A stretch of 64,000 nt of DNA, taken from the NCBI GenBank assembly GCA_008632985.1, contig QPGO01000009.1, forward strand, positions 620,001 through 684,000. The letters are read 5' to 3'. Origin of the DNA: Psammoneis japonica (lineage: Eukaryota). A program made the position numbers and the translations under genes. Shown one piece after another: positions 12,807-24,569 of the stretch. A model generated the notes under the pieces. The model did not search any database, had not been told where the DNA came from, and saw nothing but the letters and a program-made list of their open reading frames with translations. The stretch's first letter is position 1. Every line of letters starts with the position of its first letter.

Positions 12807-13781
12807 CGTGTTCTTGGTTCAATAAGACTGTAGGCTCTGTTTTGTTAGAGTTGTTGATTTATCGGGGTGAAGGTGTTTTTGATAACTGATTCGGGATCTT
12901 TTGATTTATGAGCAAGTTCTGTGGGGAAAAGAAGTCATGGGTCATCACATCCTGGTTGTGTTCTTCTTTTTTGTCGCGGCCCCATAATTGTTAGAAAAAG
13001 TCATTGGTCATCGGTGAAATTTGGAAACATTTATGAACAATATTCTATTCGCATCTATAGATGAGGGTATTCACGTGCTTACGGGGAAGTGACCAATTCG
13101 ACAAAATAATATGACAGTCAGCTATTGGAATGTCGAATTCTTCTTCAATCATCTTTTAGTCGTAGAATTACAGTAGTACTGTACAACACAGCATTGTTAA
13201 TGACTTAGACGTTTTCCGTGAAGGATTGAGAGGATAGGATCGTTGTTGGCTTTGTCCGCACACTGCATTCGTGTTTTTGTCCGCGATCCTTTGTCGTGGT
13301 TGAAGCCTTTGCAGATACTCGAAGAACAAACTCCTCAATCCTCGCTCTTTTCTTCTGTTCGTGCGCCAGAGTCTTTTGTTGCAATTCACATTAGCACCAT
13401 ATTAATGGTGAAAACTCTCAATCCTTCATAGTGGCAGCTATATGCTACTGACAAACACAAGAAGAGACAGCTTTCAAATCTGAGAGAGGGGCACCAGAAA
13501 CCAGACACACACAAACGCTTTCGTGGCACAGAATGCTGGTGACTGCCGCGAGGAGTCTGGCAGTTGGAAAAGGGTCTTGTGGAGTACCTAAACGACCATA
13601 CCGGTGGCGCCGCATTGACAGACATCTTCTTGACTTTCCCAAGTGCGAAATCATTTCTCCTGCTACTGTGCAGCTAAGATGCACATTCTATTATAAGTGT
13701 TCAACTATACTAGTAATGCATTACACGCAAATATTCATTGCAGTCGTCTCGTTAGGATTCGGTTTCGACAAACAGCGCAAA

Positions 13782-15322
13782 CTAATACGCGTACTTTCCG
13801 ATATTGTTTTTGTAGCAATCGCTGTCCGGGAAAGTAGCCCAATCAAAGCGGTACTGCTCAACAAGCTTCTCCACGTGGCTTGGGTCGGCCCCATACTCCT
13901 TGGCCAAGAACCCTGGTAGCTCCCTTCCAATGATGGCCTGACCAAGATTGAGACCCGCAATGTTGTCGCTTTCGTAGTGAACTCCGGCGACAGTCCGAGC
14001 GTAGGATACAGCCCAATCCACAAGCCTTACTTGGCACTGCTGTTCCGGGCTTAGCTCTAGAATCACACAGAGCCACATGGAAGCTGCGCTACCAGCAGAG
14101 TGCATTGCAGGCCACGAAGGGTGTGTCGGAGAGCCCTCGGGGTACGCAGTAAAGTTAAACTGCGACTTGAGGTTCATCCTGAGGACCGCGTCCTCGATAT
14201 CTTTAGGAACACCTTTTGCAGAGGTCAGTTCCCTCGTTGTGATTTGCCACGCAATTTCTTCGGGACGGGCACGTCCGACGTAGTACTTGACACCGAAGTT
14301 GAGGGGGCCTACTTTCTCGACCGCCCATCCAACCAAGTAAGACAGCATTACCTCTCTACGAACGAACTCTGTAGTGCTGTGGGAAGGAACACATCTCCTA
14401 TTAACCTTGAAGCCTTCACCAATGAACTGCCTAATCAAATTTGCATGGTGCGTTCCCGGAAACTAAATGTGTCGGTAGGCAAGCAACTCTCGTGAGGAAC
14501 GCGAAGCATTTCTGGACATCTCGACCAAGATGTTCGAACTCACCTCATCATGAACATACTCAGCTACGGTTTCAAGGTCCAAATCATTAGATTTCCAAAT
14601 ATCAGGGAGAGGGAGTACTTTTCTAGGGTCGTGTCCGTTCACACGTTCCAGTTGCCTATTCAAGACCACCCTAAACTCGTCCCAGAAGGGATTGTTCGGA
14701 TCGCTTGTAGCATGCGTGGGGTATCCTCCAATTTGAAAGATAAGTTCTCGAGAATGCACGTCACATTCAATACAGTCCTCCTGTCTAACAACAGAGATGC
14801 ACTTGGACTGACGGAGCATGTACGCTGTTCTTGCATCGAGGGGGAAATCGCCGGTGGTGAGGGGTAGTCGATGACTGTACTGTCTCTCTAACTGCTTGTG
14901 TTCAAAATACACCTTGGAAAAGCGGATTCCGAGGTCTCTTGGACTCCGCTCCTCCTCTGGGTGGGGACGATTGACTCGACGAAAGCAATAACCAACGCCG
15001 GGTCTCGCCTGAATTAAATATTCAAAACGTGGAAAAGAATGACAATGTAAGAATCAAGTTGTATCTGGGATTCTTCTAAATAGTTGAGATCACTAACCTT
15101 TCCAGTGCATCCAGGAACTGCCCTGCCCTTAGGGTTGATATCACAAACGAGGTTGCCACCGCAGTCAAAGTCGTTGTAACACGGTCCACGGCATTGTCCA
15201 AGGGGATACTTCTTTCTTTCTTTGGCCTTCCAGACATACTTCATGGCTCTTGCGTCTGCAAGAGCCAGGAAGCAAGCGAAGCATAGCGCAACACTCACAA
15301 GACACATGTTCTTGAAGGCCAT
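13782..15322 (-). CDS. Vanadium-haloperoxidase-like protein, copy 2 (close paralog of copy 1, same intron positions)
   Basis: ORFs 15014-15322, 14463-14912 and 13782-14438 match the exons of copy 1 and carry the same active-site motifs. Confidence 0.8.
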
Positions 15323-16722
15323 GTTGTTGAAAACCCAGCGAGATTGGAGGCGCTGTTGAATTGTGAGTTCGTATTGGAGTGAAGAATTGATGTTGGATTT
15401 TACGTTTTATGGGACAAATTGTGCCTCACACCCAGTTGATTCTGCTTTCGCGGCTTTTGCATCATAATAATTGTTGGAAGCATCTGTCCTAATTGTTCAT
15501 AACATTTATCCTTGTCCTTTATTTAACAAAATGGACAGACGGATATTTGTGTATTTTTAAGTATCTTTAAGCATCATATTTCGAGAGAAATTGGGTATTA
15601 AGTAATTTATGCGATCGTAATTAAGAATAAGTAGTAAACTTATTCATGCATTCGCAAGCTGACAAAATCTCGTTTGTCATGCATCGAAATCAATTTATAC
15701 CGTTATATACAAAAGTATAATATTGTGACATCACTTTATTGAACTCTTCATATAGACGACCTCAAGCAGACATGTCGCGCTTAATGATTATTTAATCATA
15801 GATCTCGATCCGCACCCATAGTGCCATCAGAAAGTCTTGACAGAATCATAATGTCATATCGGCGGTCGCCGAAAGAAGTACATAGGCCCTCAGGAAAGCA
15901 AAAAGCAAGGCAGCATACCGGTACGGTAGAATGATATGATAGGCCATTTTTACTGGTTCTTCGTGCTTCGTGGACTTCTACGACCAGGGGACATAGGGCC
16001 TTAATTAAGTAGGGAGAAGAGGCCTTTGAAGAAACGTGATATTCTATCGAGCAGCTGGAGAGATCTCGCCTCTCTACGGTAGCTACTCTCTACTACTCCT
16101 ACTGTAGAGAGAGTAGATAGAGTAGACTACGACTGCTAGCTAGCTACCGGTAGAGTAGGGCCCTAGCTAGCTAGTAGCCAGTGCCGGTAGCTCAGAGCAG
16201 TACTGTACTTTGTACGCTTAGTTCGGATTTGGCACCCTCCTCGCCATGAGTTCACACCGTGCAATCCTAAGCTCCCTCTAATGTCATGCAGCTTCAGGCA
16301 CACTCCCAACAGGGAGGTTTGTAGGTCCACCCGGGTGCTACTTCTCCTACGGTAGCTAGAGTAGAGAGTAGCCAGACTGGGGCTATGCAGGGCCTTTAAA
16401 AAGAGGGGGTTCTGCTTCTACTTGGTGACGCACAGAAAGCGAGCATTAGACTAGGATATCCTTGTCTAATTCCAGTCGCACCGAAGGACGGACGGTAACT
16501 CAACCTATGCAACAGATTGGATCAGGTTCCTTCCATAGACCTGCGCTAGCTAGATGTTTCCTGTACCGGTACCGTACCGGTAGAATGAAAGCTTTGCAAG
16601 ATGTTTTGAATTATGGTACACTCTGCCAAGGGTTTCACGCATTGCACCGCACTCTCTAGAGTACTGATGAAAAGGGGACGGAGTAGGTATTATCTAAGTA
16701 AATATTTGCTAGTAGCACCAAA

Positions 16723-18159
16723 CTACAGTCTTGTAGAACTTTGGCCCATGCCACTCATGTAGCAATCTGTTTCCTCAAAGTCGTTCCAGTCGAACCGACT
16801 CAACTGTACCTTCTCTTCAACTGTTTTTTTATCGCTTCCGTAGACTTTGGCCAGATGATCAGGCAGTTTCCTCGCAATCACCTCTTGACCAAGGTTTAGA
16901 CCAGCAATGTTATCAGATGGATAGTGAACTCCAGCCACTGTCCTTGCGTGCGATACAGCCCAATCCACGAGCTTTGTTTGGCAAATCTGCTCGTCGGTCA
17001 ACTCTAAAATCACTGGTATATAGAGAGAGGCCGCACTACCAGCGGAATGCATTGCAGGCCAGGAAGGGTGAGCTGGAGATCCCTCGGGATAAGCCGTAAA
17101 GTCGAATTGGGATGTGAGGTTCATGGCCATAATTTCGTCCACAACGTCAATTGGAACACCGTCGGCCTCCGTGAACTCGCCTTGGGCGATTTTCCATGCT
17201 ACCTCTTCTGGTCGGGCGCGTCCAACTGTGTATTTAGCTGCAAAATTGTAAGGTCCAGCTACACTTACTGCCCACGTTGTCAAATGAGATAGCATAACCT
17301 CTCTTCTAAGAAACTCAGTAAACGAGAGAGACGGGATGATGTTCGTGTCGACATCGAATCCTTCTGCAATGAACTCTCTAATCATATTGAGGTGATGCGT
17401 CCCTGGAAGCTGCGGTATGCATTTCGAACCGATTTAGTCACCAAAATAGTCAGAGAAAAAGATAGTAGTTGATTCTAGAAGCATGTATCTTCTGCTGCAA
17501 CTTACCTCGTCGTGAACATGCTCAGCCACCATTTCTAATGTCAAATCACTTGTATTCCAAATGTTGGGTATGGGAAGTGCGCCAAATGGATCAGTGTTGT
17601 TTCTTCTTTCTTGTTGAGCCCGAATGACGGGACGGAAGTCATCCCAGAAGGGACTGTCAGGATCACTTGACACGTGGACCGGATATCCTCCCACGCTTTC
17701 AATCAGCATTTCCGTGTACATGTCATCACAATCGTTGCAATCGCTTTTCCGAACAACAGAAATGCAGTTGGATTGCCGTAGCATGGCAGCTGTTTCATCA
17801 TCAAGTGGAAAGTCAGTGTCGGTAAGTGGGAGCTTGCCTTCAAATTCCGCGGGGATTTCTCCATTAAAGGTCACCTTGGAAAACCGCATCCCCATATCGT
17901 CTTCCGGTTTCTCGTACATTGGGTATCCTCTGTGGCCGATTGTACTTCCAACCATCATTGGAGCGAGTTTTCTTTCTCGTTCAAGGAAAGAAGGGCCAAG
18001 TTTGAATTGACCATGCGCTTCATTATTCTTCCTCCTGTCTCGGGCATTTTCACCTCTGCGAACCCTTGGTGCTTCCTTGTGAATGTCATCGGCGGAGAAA
18101 GCAAAGCTACGAAAGGCGACCGCCACTGCAACAGCAACACACCTTTTGCTGAATCGCAT
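16723..18159 (-). CDS. Vanadium-haloperoxidase-like protein, copy 3 (more divergent, no Cys domain); intron 17410-17505
   Basis: Signal peptide; HVHDE|gtaag...cag|LPGTHH; KYTVGRARPEE, HPSWPAMHSA, RTVAGVHYPSD. Confidence 0.8.
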
Positions 18160-18980
18160 GGTGCATGGATAGTAAGTCTCTCCTCAAGTGGTTAATTTGG
18201 AGACAACAGAGAGGGAACAAAAGATAGGATACAATGATCGCTGGAATCGAAAATGTGAGCGGAGAAACGCTGTTGGCGAGCCAAATCACAATCCGTTGAA
18301 CATACATAAAAACTTAAAATAAACAATGGTTGAAGTGAAACTTTTTACTATATTTGGACATTAATAAAGTAATTTATTACTTATAGGTTAAATATGGAAA
18401 TATAAGTAATGTACGTCTATGTAGAGAGAGATAATTGCAATCCATATGATAGTACCGTACGTTGAAAGACAGTATTTGACTAATATGACTCAATTTTCTT
18501 TTTTCCCCTCCCCGCCACTTGCATTCATGCTTTTTAGCGCATTCCATGCCATAAAATCATCTACCCTCCCTTTCCACCCCCCTCCTACACCCATCCTACA
18601 GATACACCTTTTAGATGTACGCATTTCAACGACGGTGGCTCTCTTATTTGCTTCTAGAATTGGAAACATAGTTTGATGGAAGGTGCAGAGTCGTACCGGT
18701 ACAATGTTGACAATGGGCTAACTCTCTCAGTCATCGCCACTATATGACATTTTTTGTTTACTGCGCTATGCTTTACATTTAGATTAACATAATCGTGATG
18801 CCGATATACGTTCTTGCCCTCAACGTGATTCATCGTCGAATATGGTTGATGTAGCTAGCTCTCTCAACAATTTCTCTCGAACTCCCATGTCCTTGTGACT
18901 GGAGTTCATCAGTCTCTAGTCTCAAATCTTTAACCCCTTAACTCCTTCTGAAGCTTGCGTTATTGTCTCAAAAAGTCAAT

Positions 18981-19523
18981 TCAGAATAAATGAGCTGAAA
19001 AGGGGTACCACCACCCGTCGTACGGGTCTGTTGGCTTTTCTTCTTTTCTCAAATTTCTCACGGCCCGTTTGACCTTTTTGGTGCGTCTATTCGAGGCGAC
19101 ACCTTCACGATATGCTACAACAGGATTCCTCAGACTATTTGTCCGATTTCTTGATTTGATGATGCGTTCCTTTTCCTTCATGTACTCTTCAACCTCAGCG
19201 TCCGTGTAGTTGCTCTGCTTGACGTAATACTCTCGTTGCGGTGGCACCATGTACAAGCTCTGAATCGACCGACGTCGTCCACTGGGTCTAATCTGTTCGT
19301 ATTCTTGAACCGAAACATGCTTGCCATCCACCTTGTGCGTTTCCGTATTTATGCCTTGTCCTACAGGACTGCGAATCTCTGACGCCATTCGCCATGACCA
19401 TCCAATCTCGACGGCTGGTCCATAGCTTGTGCTTGCCGGATTATCAGACGGAACGATTGGGTATTCCCGTATTTGAACGGCATCAAAAGAAACCTTCTTG
19501 TTGTCCTTCATGGTTGCTTCCAT
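18981..19523 (-). CDS. Hypothetical protein with a KxVxF..V.IREY....DNP....GP....GW motif common in diatom proteins
   Basis: KKVSFDAVQIREYPIVPSDNPASTSYGPAVEIGW; uninterrupted ORF. Confidence 0.65.
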   Translation of the reverse strand: MEATMKDNKKVSFDAVQIREYPIVPSDNPASTSYGPAVEIGWSWRMASEIRSPVGQGINTETHKVDGKHVSVQEYEQIRPSGRRRSIQSLYMVPPQREYYVKQSNYTDAEVEEYMKEKERIIKSRNRTNSLRNPVVAYREGVASNRRTKKVKRAVRNLRKEEKPTDPYDGWWYPFSAHLF

Positions 19524-19611
19524 GTTTAATGTTGGTTGCAGGTTCAATCTTATGAGTTGTGTCAGAGGTGCTTTGAATGATGATGTCGGCTATTGGCTAA
19601 TTGGCTGCTGG

Positions 19612-19672
19612 TTCGTGATTCGTGATTCGTGATTCCCTCTTGATGATGATGATTCGTGATTCGTGATTCGTG
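19612..19672. repeat. Two short clusters of a 7-bp repeat (ATTCGTG) between divergent genes
   Basis: ttcgtgattcgtgattcgtgattc and gattcgtgattcgtgattcgtga. Confidence 0.8.
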
Positions 19673-19781
19673 AGCCATTTCTACGTAGATTTCTACTTGT
19701 TATGTACTGCGTCGCACATTGATCGCGATCTTGCTCAAGTTACTAGACTACTTCACCTCTGACAGTACCGTATTTGCAAAC

Positions 19782-20495
19782 ATGGTTGCACCAACAAAGC
19801 GTCTATTACTATGTCGGGCGTGTCTTTTGATTGTTGTTTTGCCGCTTTCTCTTTACTGGGGCGGTGTTGGTATTAGGTGGAGACAAGACGGAGGAGAGAC
19901 TGACTATTATGTCTTTTTGCAGAAATTTTCTTTGGAAGGCAGCGGTGGGCGTTTCTTTCATACCGAAGTTCTTGTTTGCCCTCGTGGCGAGTTTAGTACG
20001 GACGATCAAAACAAACTAGACGACACGGTGGCGGCGCTGGAGGATTTTACGGAAATGGAGGAAACGTGGTGGTCGGACAAGACGTACAACTGTGTAGAGT
20101 TGGGGTACGGTGGAGCCATGTGTGATGAAGAATGTTGTGGAGTTCCTCACAGAGACGAGCAGCTGCATTATCCTTTGAATGCACACCGTGCCATGATTTC
20201 GAATGCCGACACGTCAGACAAGTCACTGTACTTGTATGGTACAGGAAGTTTTGGTGGAGACGCAGCCTATCACCATGCGTGTGACGCAACGTGTTGGTCG
20301 AATTGGAAGGGTACAGATTACAATATCTTTACCAACAATTGCAACACGTTTACGAGTACCATTCTCTCTTGTGTTTATGGACTGAGTCAAAAGAAGCCGC
20401 ATTTGGGTCCCAGCGATATGGTGACTGTCACGTGTGATTGTGAATCCGATGCTAAATTGAAGCAACAGCTTCGAACGGTAGCGCAAGAGTCCTAG
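19782..20495 (+). CDS. Secreted or membrane-anchored PPPDE (permuted papain fold)-like peptidase
   Basis: N-terminal hydrophobic segment; FHTEV...ELGYGG...W...YNIFTNNCNTF matches the PPPDE His/Cys arrangement. Confidence 0.65.
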   Translation: MVAPTKRLLLCRACLLIVVLPLSLYWGGVGIRWRQDGGETDYYVFLQKFSLEGSGGRFFHTEVLVCPRGEFSTDDQNKLDDTVAALEDFTEMEETWWSDKTYNCVELGYGGAMCDEECCGVPHRDEQLHYPLNAHRAMISNADTSDKSLYLYGTGSFGGDAAYHHACDATCWSNWKGTDYNIFTNNCNTFTSTILSCVYGLSQKKPHLGPSDMVTVTCDCESDAKLKQQLRTVAQES

Positions 20496-20559
20496 TCTTA
20501 GCAAAAGTCCGTAGGGCTTGAGAAAAGTATGTGGATCCTTTTATAAAGCTCTATATTAT

Positions 20560-21681
20560 TTATTCTTTTGGTCCAGGCCAAAACTTGTGTTCGACAGAAC
20601 GCATCTCGTGTTCCAACTCAAACACCTTTTCGCCAGTCTTCATATTGATAATGTCCTTGAAGCGAAACTGTTGAAACTCTCTAGCACCTTGCAATGTTTG
20701 TGCCTTGTCTGAAAATCGTGGGTTCACCCACACTATATCGGCAATCTCGGCATTCCTAAAGGCTTGTTCAAAGTCTGCTCTAGTCTCACCGACATACATT
20801 GCCACGTGATGGCCATCGTACGGAGGAACGGGACGAGTCGTCTCTCGAAACAACAAATTCTGAGCCGCTTGGCCATTCGAATCGATGCTACCAAATCCAA
20901 TAATGGCAACCCTGTGTTCTCCATCTTGCACCACGGATGTGGTGGCATCCAAGACGACGTTGTAAAAGTCAGCAATGGTTTCGGCAGTGCCGACAGGACA
21001 ATCAAACTCGACATAGGCAATCCCACGGCATTCTGTTTTTCCATCCACACCGTACTTTGTGGCTACGTTTCCAAATTGTTCCACGTCTGCAGTGGAGACG
21101 ATTGGTTGTTGCAGAGTTGAATCGACCTTGGATTCCCGTTCACGACAAACAAACACATTACCGTAATTGTCGGTTAATTTGACAACATCACGTTCAATTT
21201 CGTGTGATGCAAAACACGCTTCTTTGGCGCTACTACTAGCCGCAACAGCCGCCAATACTCGATCCTTGAGTGGTTGCAAATCGTCATAGATTAAACCGAC
21301 ATGACCTGGTATGACTTGAGGTGTGTCTCCAAAGGGCAAGTGAAATTGAGACGCTCCACAATTGGCCCATACTGTTTTGGATCCGGCAAGCACATTTTCC
21401 GCCTTGCGTGGATCCAAACCAAGTCCCAACAGGTCAATGTAAAACGGAACGATGTAATCGTGATTGGGTACATTGAGATTGACGTGTTCCAACAGAGTCA
21501 GAGTGGATCGATCGACACAGCTTTCTGTAACAACCTGCATGAAAGTACGTTGGCTCTTGGTGGGAGAGAGCGGCTGCGCAGTGTTTTGGACGACGAAAGC
21601 AGAAAACGATAGAAAAGAATAGGCGGTTGGTATCAGGGCCAACGCCACAACCGCATAATAATTCACATCGATACGACGCAT
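20560..21681 (-). CDS. Plastid-targeted glyoxalase/VOC-fold-like protein
   Basis: Signal peptide plus transit peptide; LEHVNLNVP..FYIDLLGL..WANCGASQFHLP and a second repeat with HHVAMY. Confidence 0.7.
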   Translation of the reverse strand: MRRIDVNYYAVVALALIPTAYSFLSFSAFVVQNTAQPLSPTKSQRTFMQVVTESCVDRSTLTLLEHVNLNVPNHDYIVPFYIDLLGLGLDPRKAENVLAGSKTVWANCGASQFHLPFGDTPQVIPGHVGLIYDDLQPLKDRVLAAVAASSSAKEACFASHEIERDVVKLTDNYGNVFVCRERESKVDSTLQQPIVSTADVEQFGNVATKYGVDGKTECRGIAYVEFDCPVGTAETIADFYNVVLDATTSVVQDGEHRVAIIGFGSIDSNGQAAQNLLFRETTRPVPPYDGHHVAMYVGETRADFEQAFRNAEIADIVWVNPRFSDKAQTLQGAREFQQFRFKDIINMKTGEKVFELEHEMRSVEHKFWPGPKE

Positions 21682-24569
21682 ATTGTGTAAAGCTCGAAAT
21701 AGCTTCTTGTTATCCTGACTCTTTTTGCATTCACCTTGAATACCTTTTACCTTTTACTGTGTAGAGTGTGTCGTTGCGATGCGCTCATGCATTTTCTACC
21801 CGCAATTTTTCCTGTCCGGCGTCCGTCATCATGACAGCACCAACAACGCGTTGCAAGTGAATGTCATCCAGGACAACTTTCTGGCGAAGCTCTCTTTCAG
21901 ACAGGACTGATGATGCCAGCTCAAGTCCAGCAATGAGCTCAGCACTTGAAGCTGACAAAATTCACAACTCTCAAGTTGCTTCGTGGTCTCGGCAGCACAC
22001 TGGATGAGCGCAATCCCAGCTTTTTTGTCTGACTTGGTCATCAATGTAGAAGCTCACAAGAGGGCTGCAAAAGTCAGTGCAGAAGATCTTGAAGGCATGT
22101 GCAGACTCCTTGAATGATGGTGCTCTGAAGCCAGCAAGAGAGAGCTGCTCTCAAGCACCTTCTGTGGCTTTCCATGGGGAGCCACTTTCAGAAAAGGGCA
22201 ACAATGTGCTTGCCCTCAGACTGATGATGTGAGATCAACCTTGGCACTCAGCAGCAATGGCAACAAAGGAGCACATGGCAAAGAATTTGGAAAAGCAAGG
22301 CCAGAAGACCAGGTCAGATGGCAATGTGTTGTGCAAGCAATGTCGGCAAAGCCAAAGAGTGCAGTGCTCAAAATGAAGTCAGATCTTGTCATTTCAAGTG
22401 TGTGAGACCAATTTTTGAAGTTGGTTTTGCTCTGCAGGAAATGTTTTTGAACTGTGCTTGGGGTTTCTAATGTGCCAAACACCCTTGGTGCCATCAAGAC
22501 TCTGGATGGTCTTGTCATTTTCGCTGTCACAGCAGGCCACTCTCTGGACCTCTTTTCACCCAACTGAAAAGAGAGCCAGCTTTGAGTGTGTTTTCTTGCA
22601 CTCTTCCTTTTGTTGAGGTGAGCAACTCCAAATTCTGATGTGATCACACCTGTGCCATGAGATGGGGGGGGGGGGGTTCAGATTGTGGACTGACAGCTGC
22701 ACTTTTCAATGTTGCAGGTGTGTTCAAAAGTGTGTGGCTTCAAGATTGAGTTGGATGTGGAAACCAGCTTTGTCATGGCACAGAGGTTGTGCTCTTTGTT
22801 TCTGATGCAGCCACTCAAATCCATCCTGTGTGCATGGGTTCTGGCACAGCTGCATGGAGATCTCAGGTTCAAACTCTGCAGGAGGACCATGTGGCCCATT
22901 GAAGAAGGCAAATTTAAAAAAAACCCTCACCCAAAAACACAAGCAAAGAGTGAGAAGCAAGAAGAAGTGTTAGAAACACATGAAATGTGGCACAACAAAG
23001 AGGCAACCAAATGGCTTTGCACATGCCCAGTGCAATCCTGTTGCCATTTGCCATTGCAGTCTGCAAAACTTTTCACGTTGCAAACATTTTTGCAATTTTT
23101 GCTCAGAAATTCTGAGGACTTTCTGCACAGAAACTCACATCAGCTCTGATGCAAATTCTGCAGAGGTGGGAAGAGGCCAGCATGTCTGGCACCATGGTGT
23201 GCACATCATCATGGCATGCTTCTTGTGCAGTGCAGTGTGATGGGTGGTCACCAATCATGCTGCAAAGAAATGTGCAGTGGCACTCTTGCTGCCCCCCCCC
23301 CCTTTTGCTGATCCAGCATCAGGGGTGCAAGAAGAGTGCAGCACAGCCACAGTGGGTGCACTCCTTTTTTGTTTTGGGTTTTTTTTTTGCAACAACAAGC
23401 ACAGATCTTTCATCTGCTTCCAGCTGCTGTGAGCTTTGCCCCCTCTGCTGGGAGGTGGTGCACCACTGAGCTGGCCTCTTGACTTCAACTGTGCTCATGC
23501 TGTGTTGTTCTCAGCCATTTGTGCCTCACACAACATCAGCACAACTCCCAGCTCCAACTCCAAAAGAACCCACTTGTGAGGCTGCAGCTCTGGGAGATGC
23601 CAGGGGCAGGTTCATGATCCATTGCCTCAGCTCAAGGAACAGTGTGTGATGCAGAGGCTTGGCAAAGAAATCTGCAATCATCACCTCTGTGGGTCAACAC
23701 TTTGCTCTTGTCTCTTTGGGCCAGATCCCACAAGCTTCAAAGAAATGTTGGATGTCAATGTGCCTGGTGCATCCACCACCCATGCTTGGCTGTTGTGTTC
23801 TGGCCACATGACAGTGGCTGGCACTCTGGCCATCCTGGCACACATCATTGTCCTCCTTTGCTTGGCATCCCTGGGCAATCAGGAAGCAGTTCCCAGATCA
23901 AATCAAAAAAGAGCAACATTGCCCATGCCCACCAGCTGTGCTTTTTTGTGGAGCTCTTTTTCTGCCCAGCTTTTGTTTGGCAGAAATCAAGCACACTGAT
24001 CCCTCCTCTCCCAGTGACATGGGGGATGCACCAGCACAGCTCTTGCAGTCCTGGCAAACTGCAAAAGATGTGCCCACTCACCACTTCACAGCAGCGCGCA
24101 TCCTTGTCAGCCTTGAGAGCAAGTGCAAGGTCTTTTTGTCCTTGGAGATGCTGCGCACAGCAGTGCAACTTGCTCCAGTTGTCCTGAAGGGGCACGGACA
24201 CTCACACACACAGAAGCAATGCTGTGATCTGAAGAGGTCTGGCTTGGTCATGAAGTGCTGGCATTGGCCAACCCTGTCAGGACCCAGAGGAGGCTTGGAA
24301 AATGTGTTTGTGACAAAAAGGTTTTTCTTCACTGGGCTGGAGCCACTCTGGTGTTCATGTCCTTGGGAGCACCTCATTGCATTGATGGTGCACTCCATGT
24401 GTGGTTTTTCATGACAACAAACTTTGCTTTTCCGTCCTCAGAGAAATCAGCAGTTGGGCCCAGGCAATCATGCACCTTGCCCTGACAGACAGTGATTGGT
24501 GTTTTGTTGGCTGCACTTTTTTGTTAAGAGCACATTGCAGTGACATCTTCCAGCACCTGTTGTTTGATG

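Noticed and set aside
21814..21826. Motif gtccggcg(t/c)ccgt shared with 45566-45578 at the outer edges of mutated blocks
   Set aside because: It is only 13 bp, in the same orientation, with no TSD or extended homology, so it may be chance.
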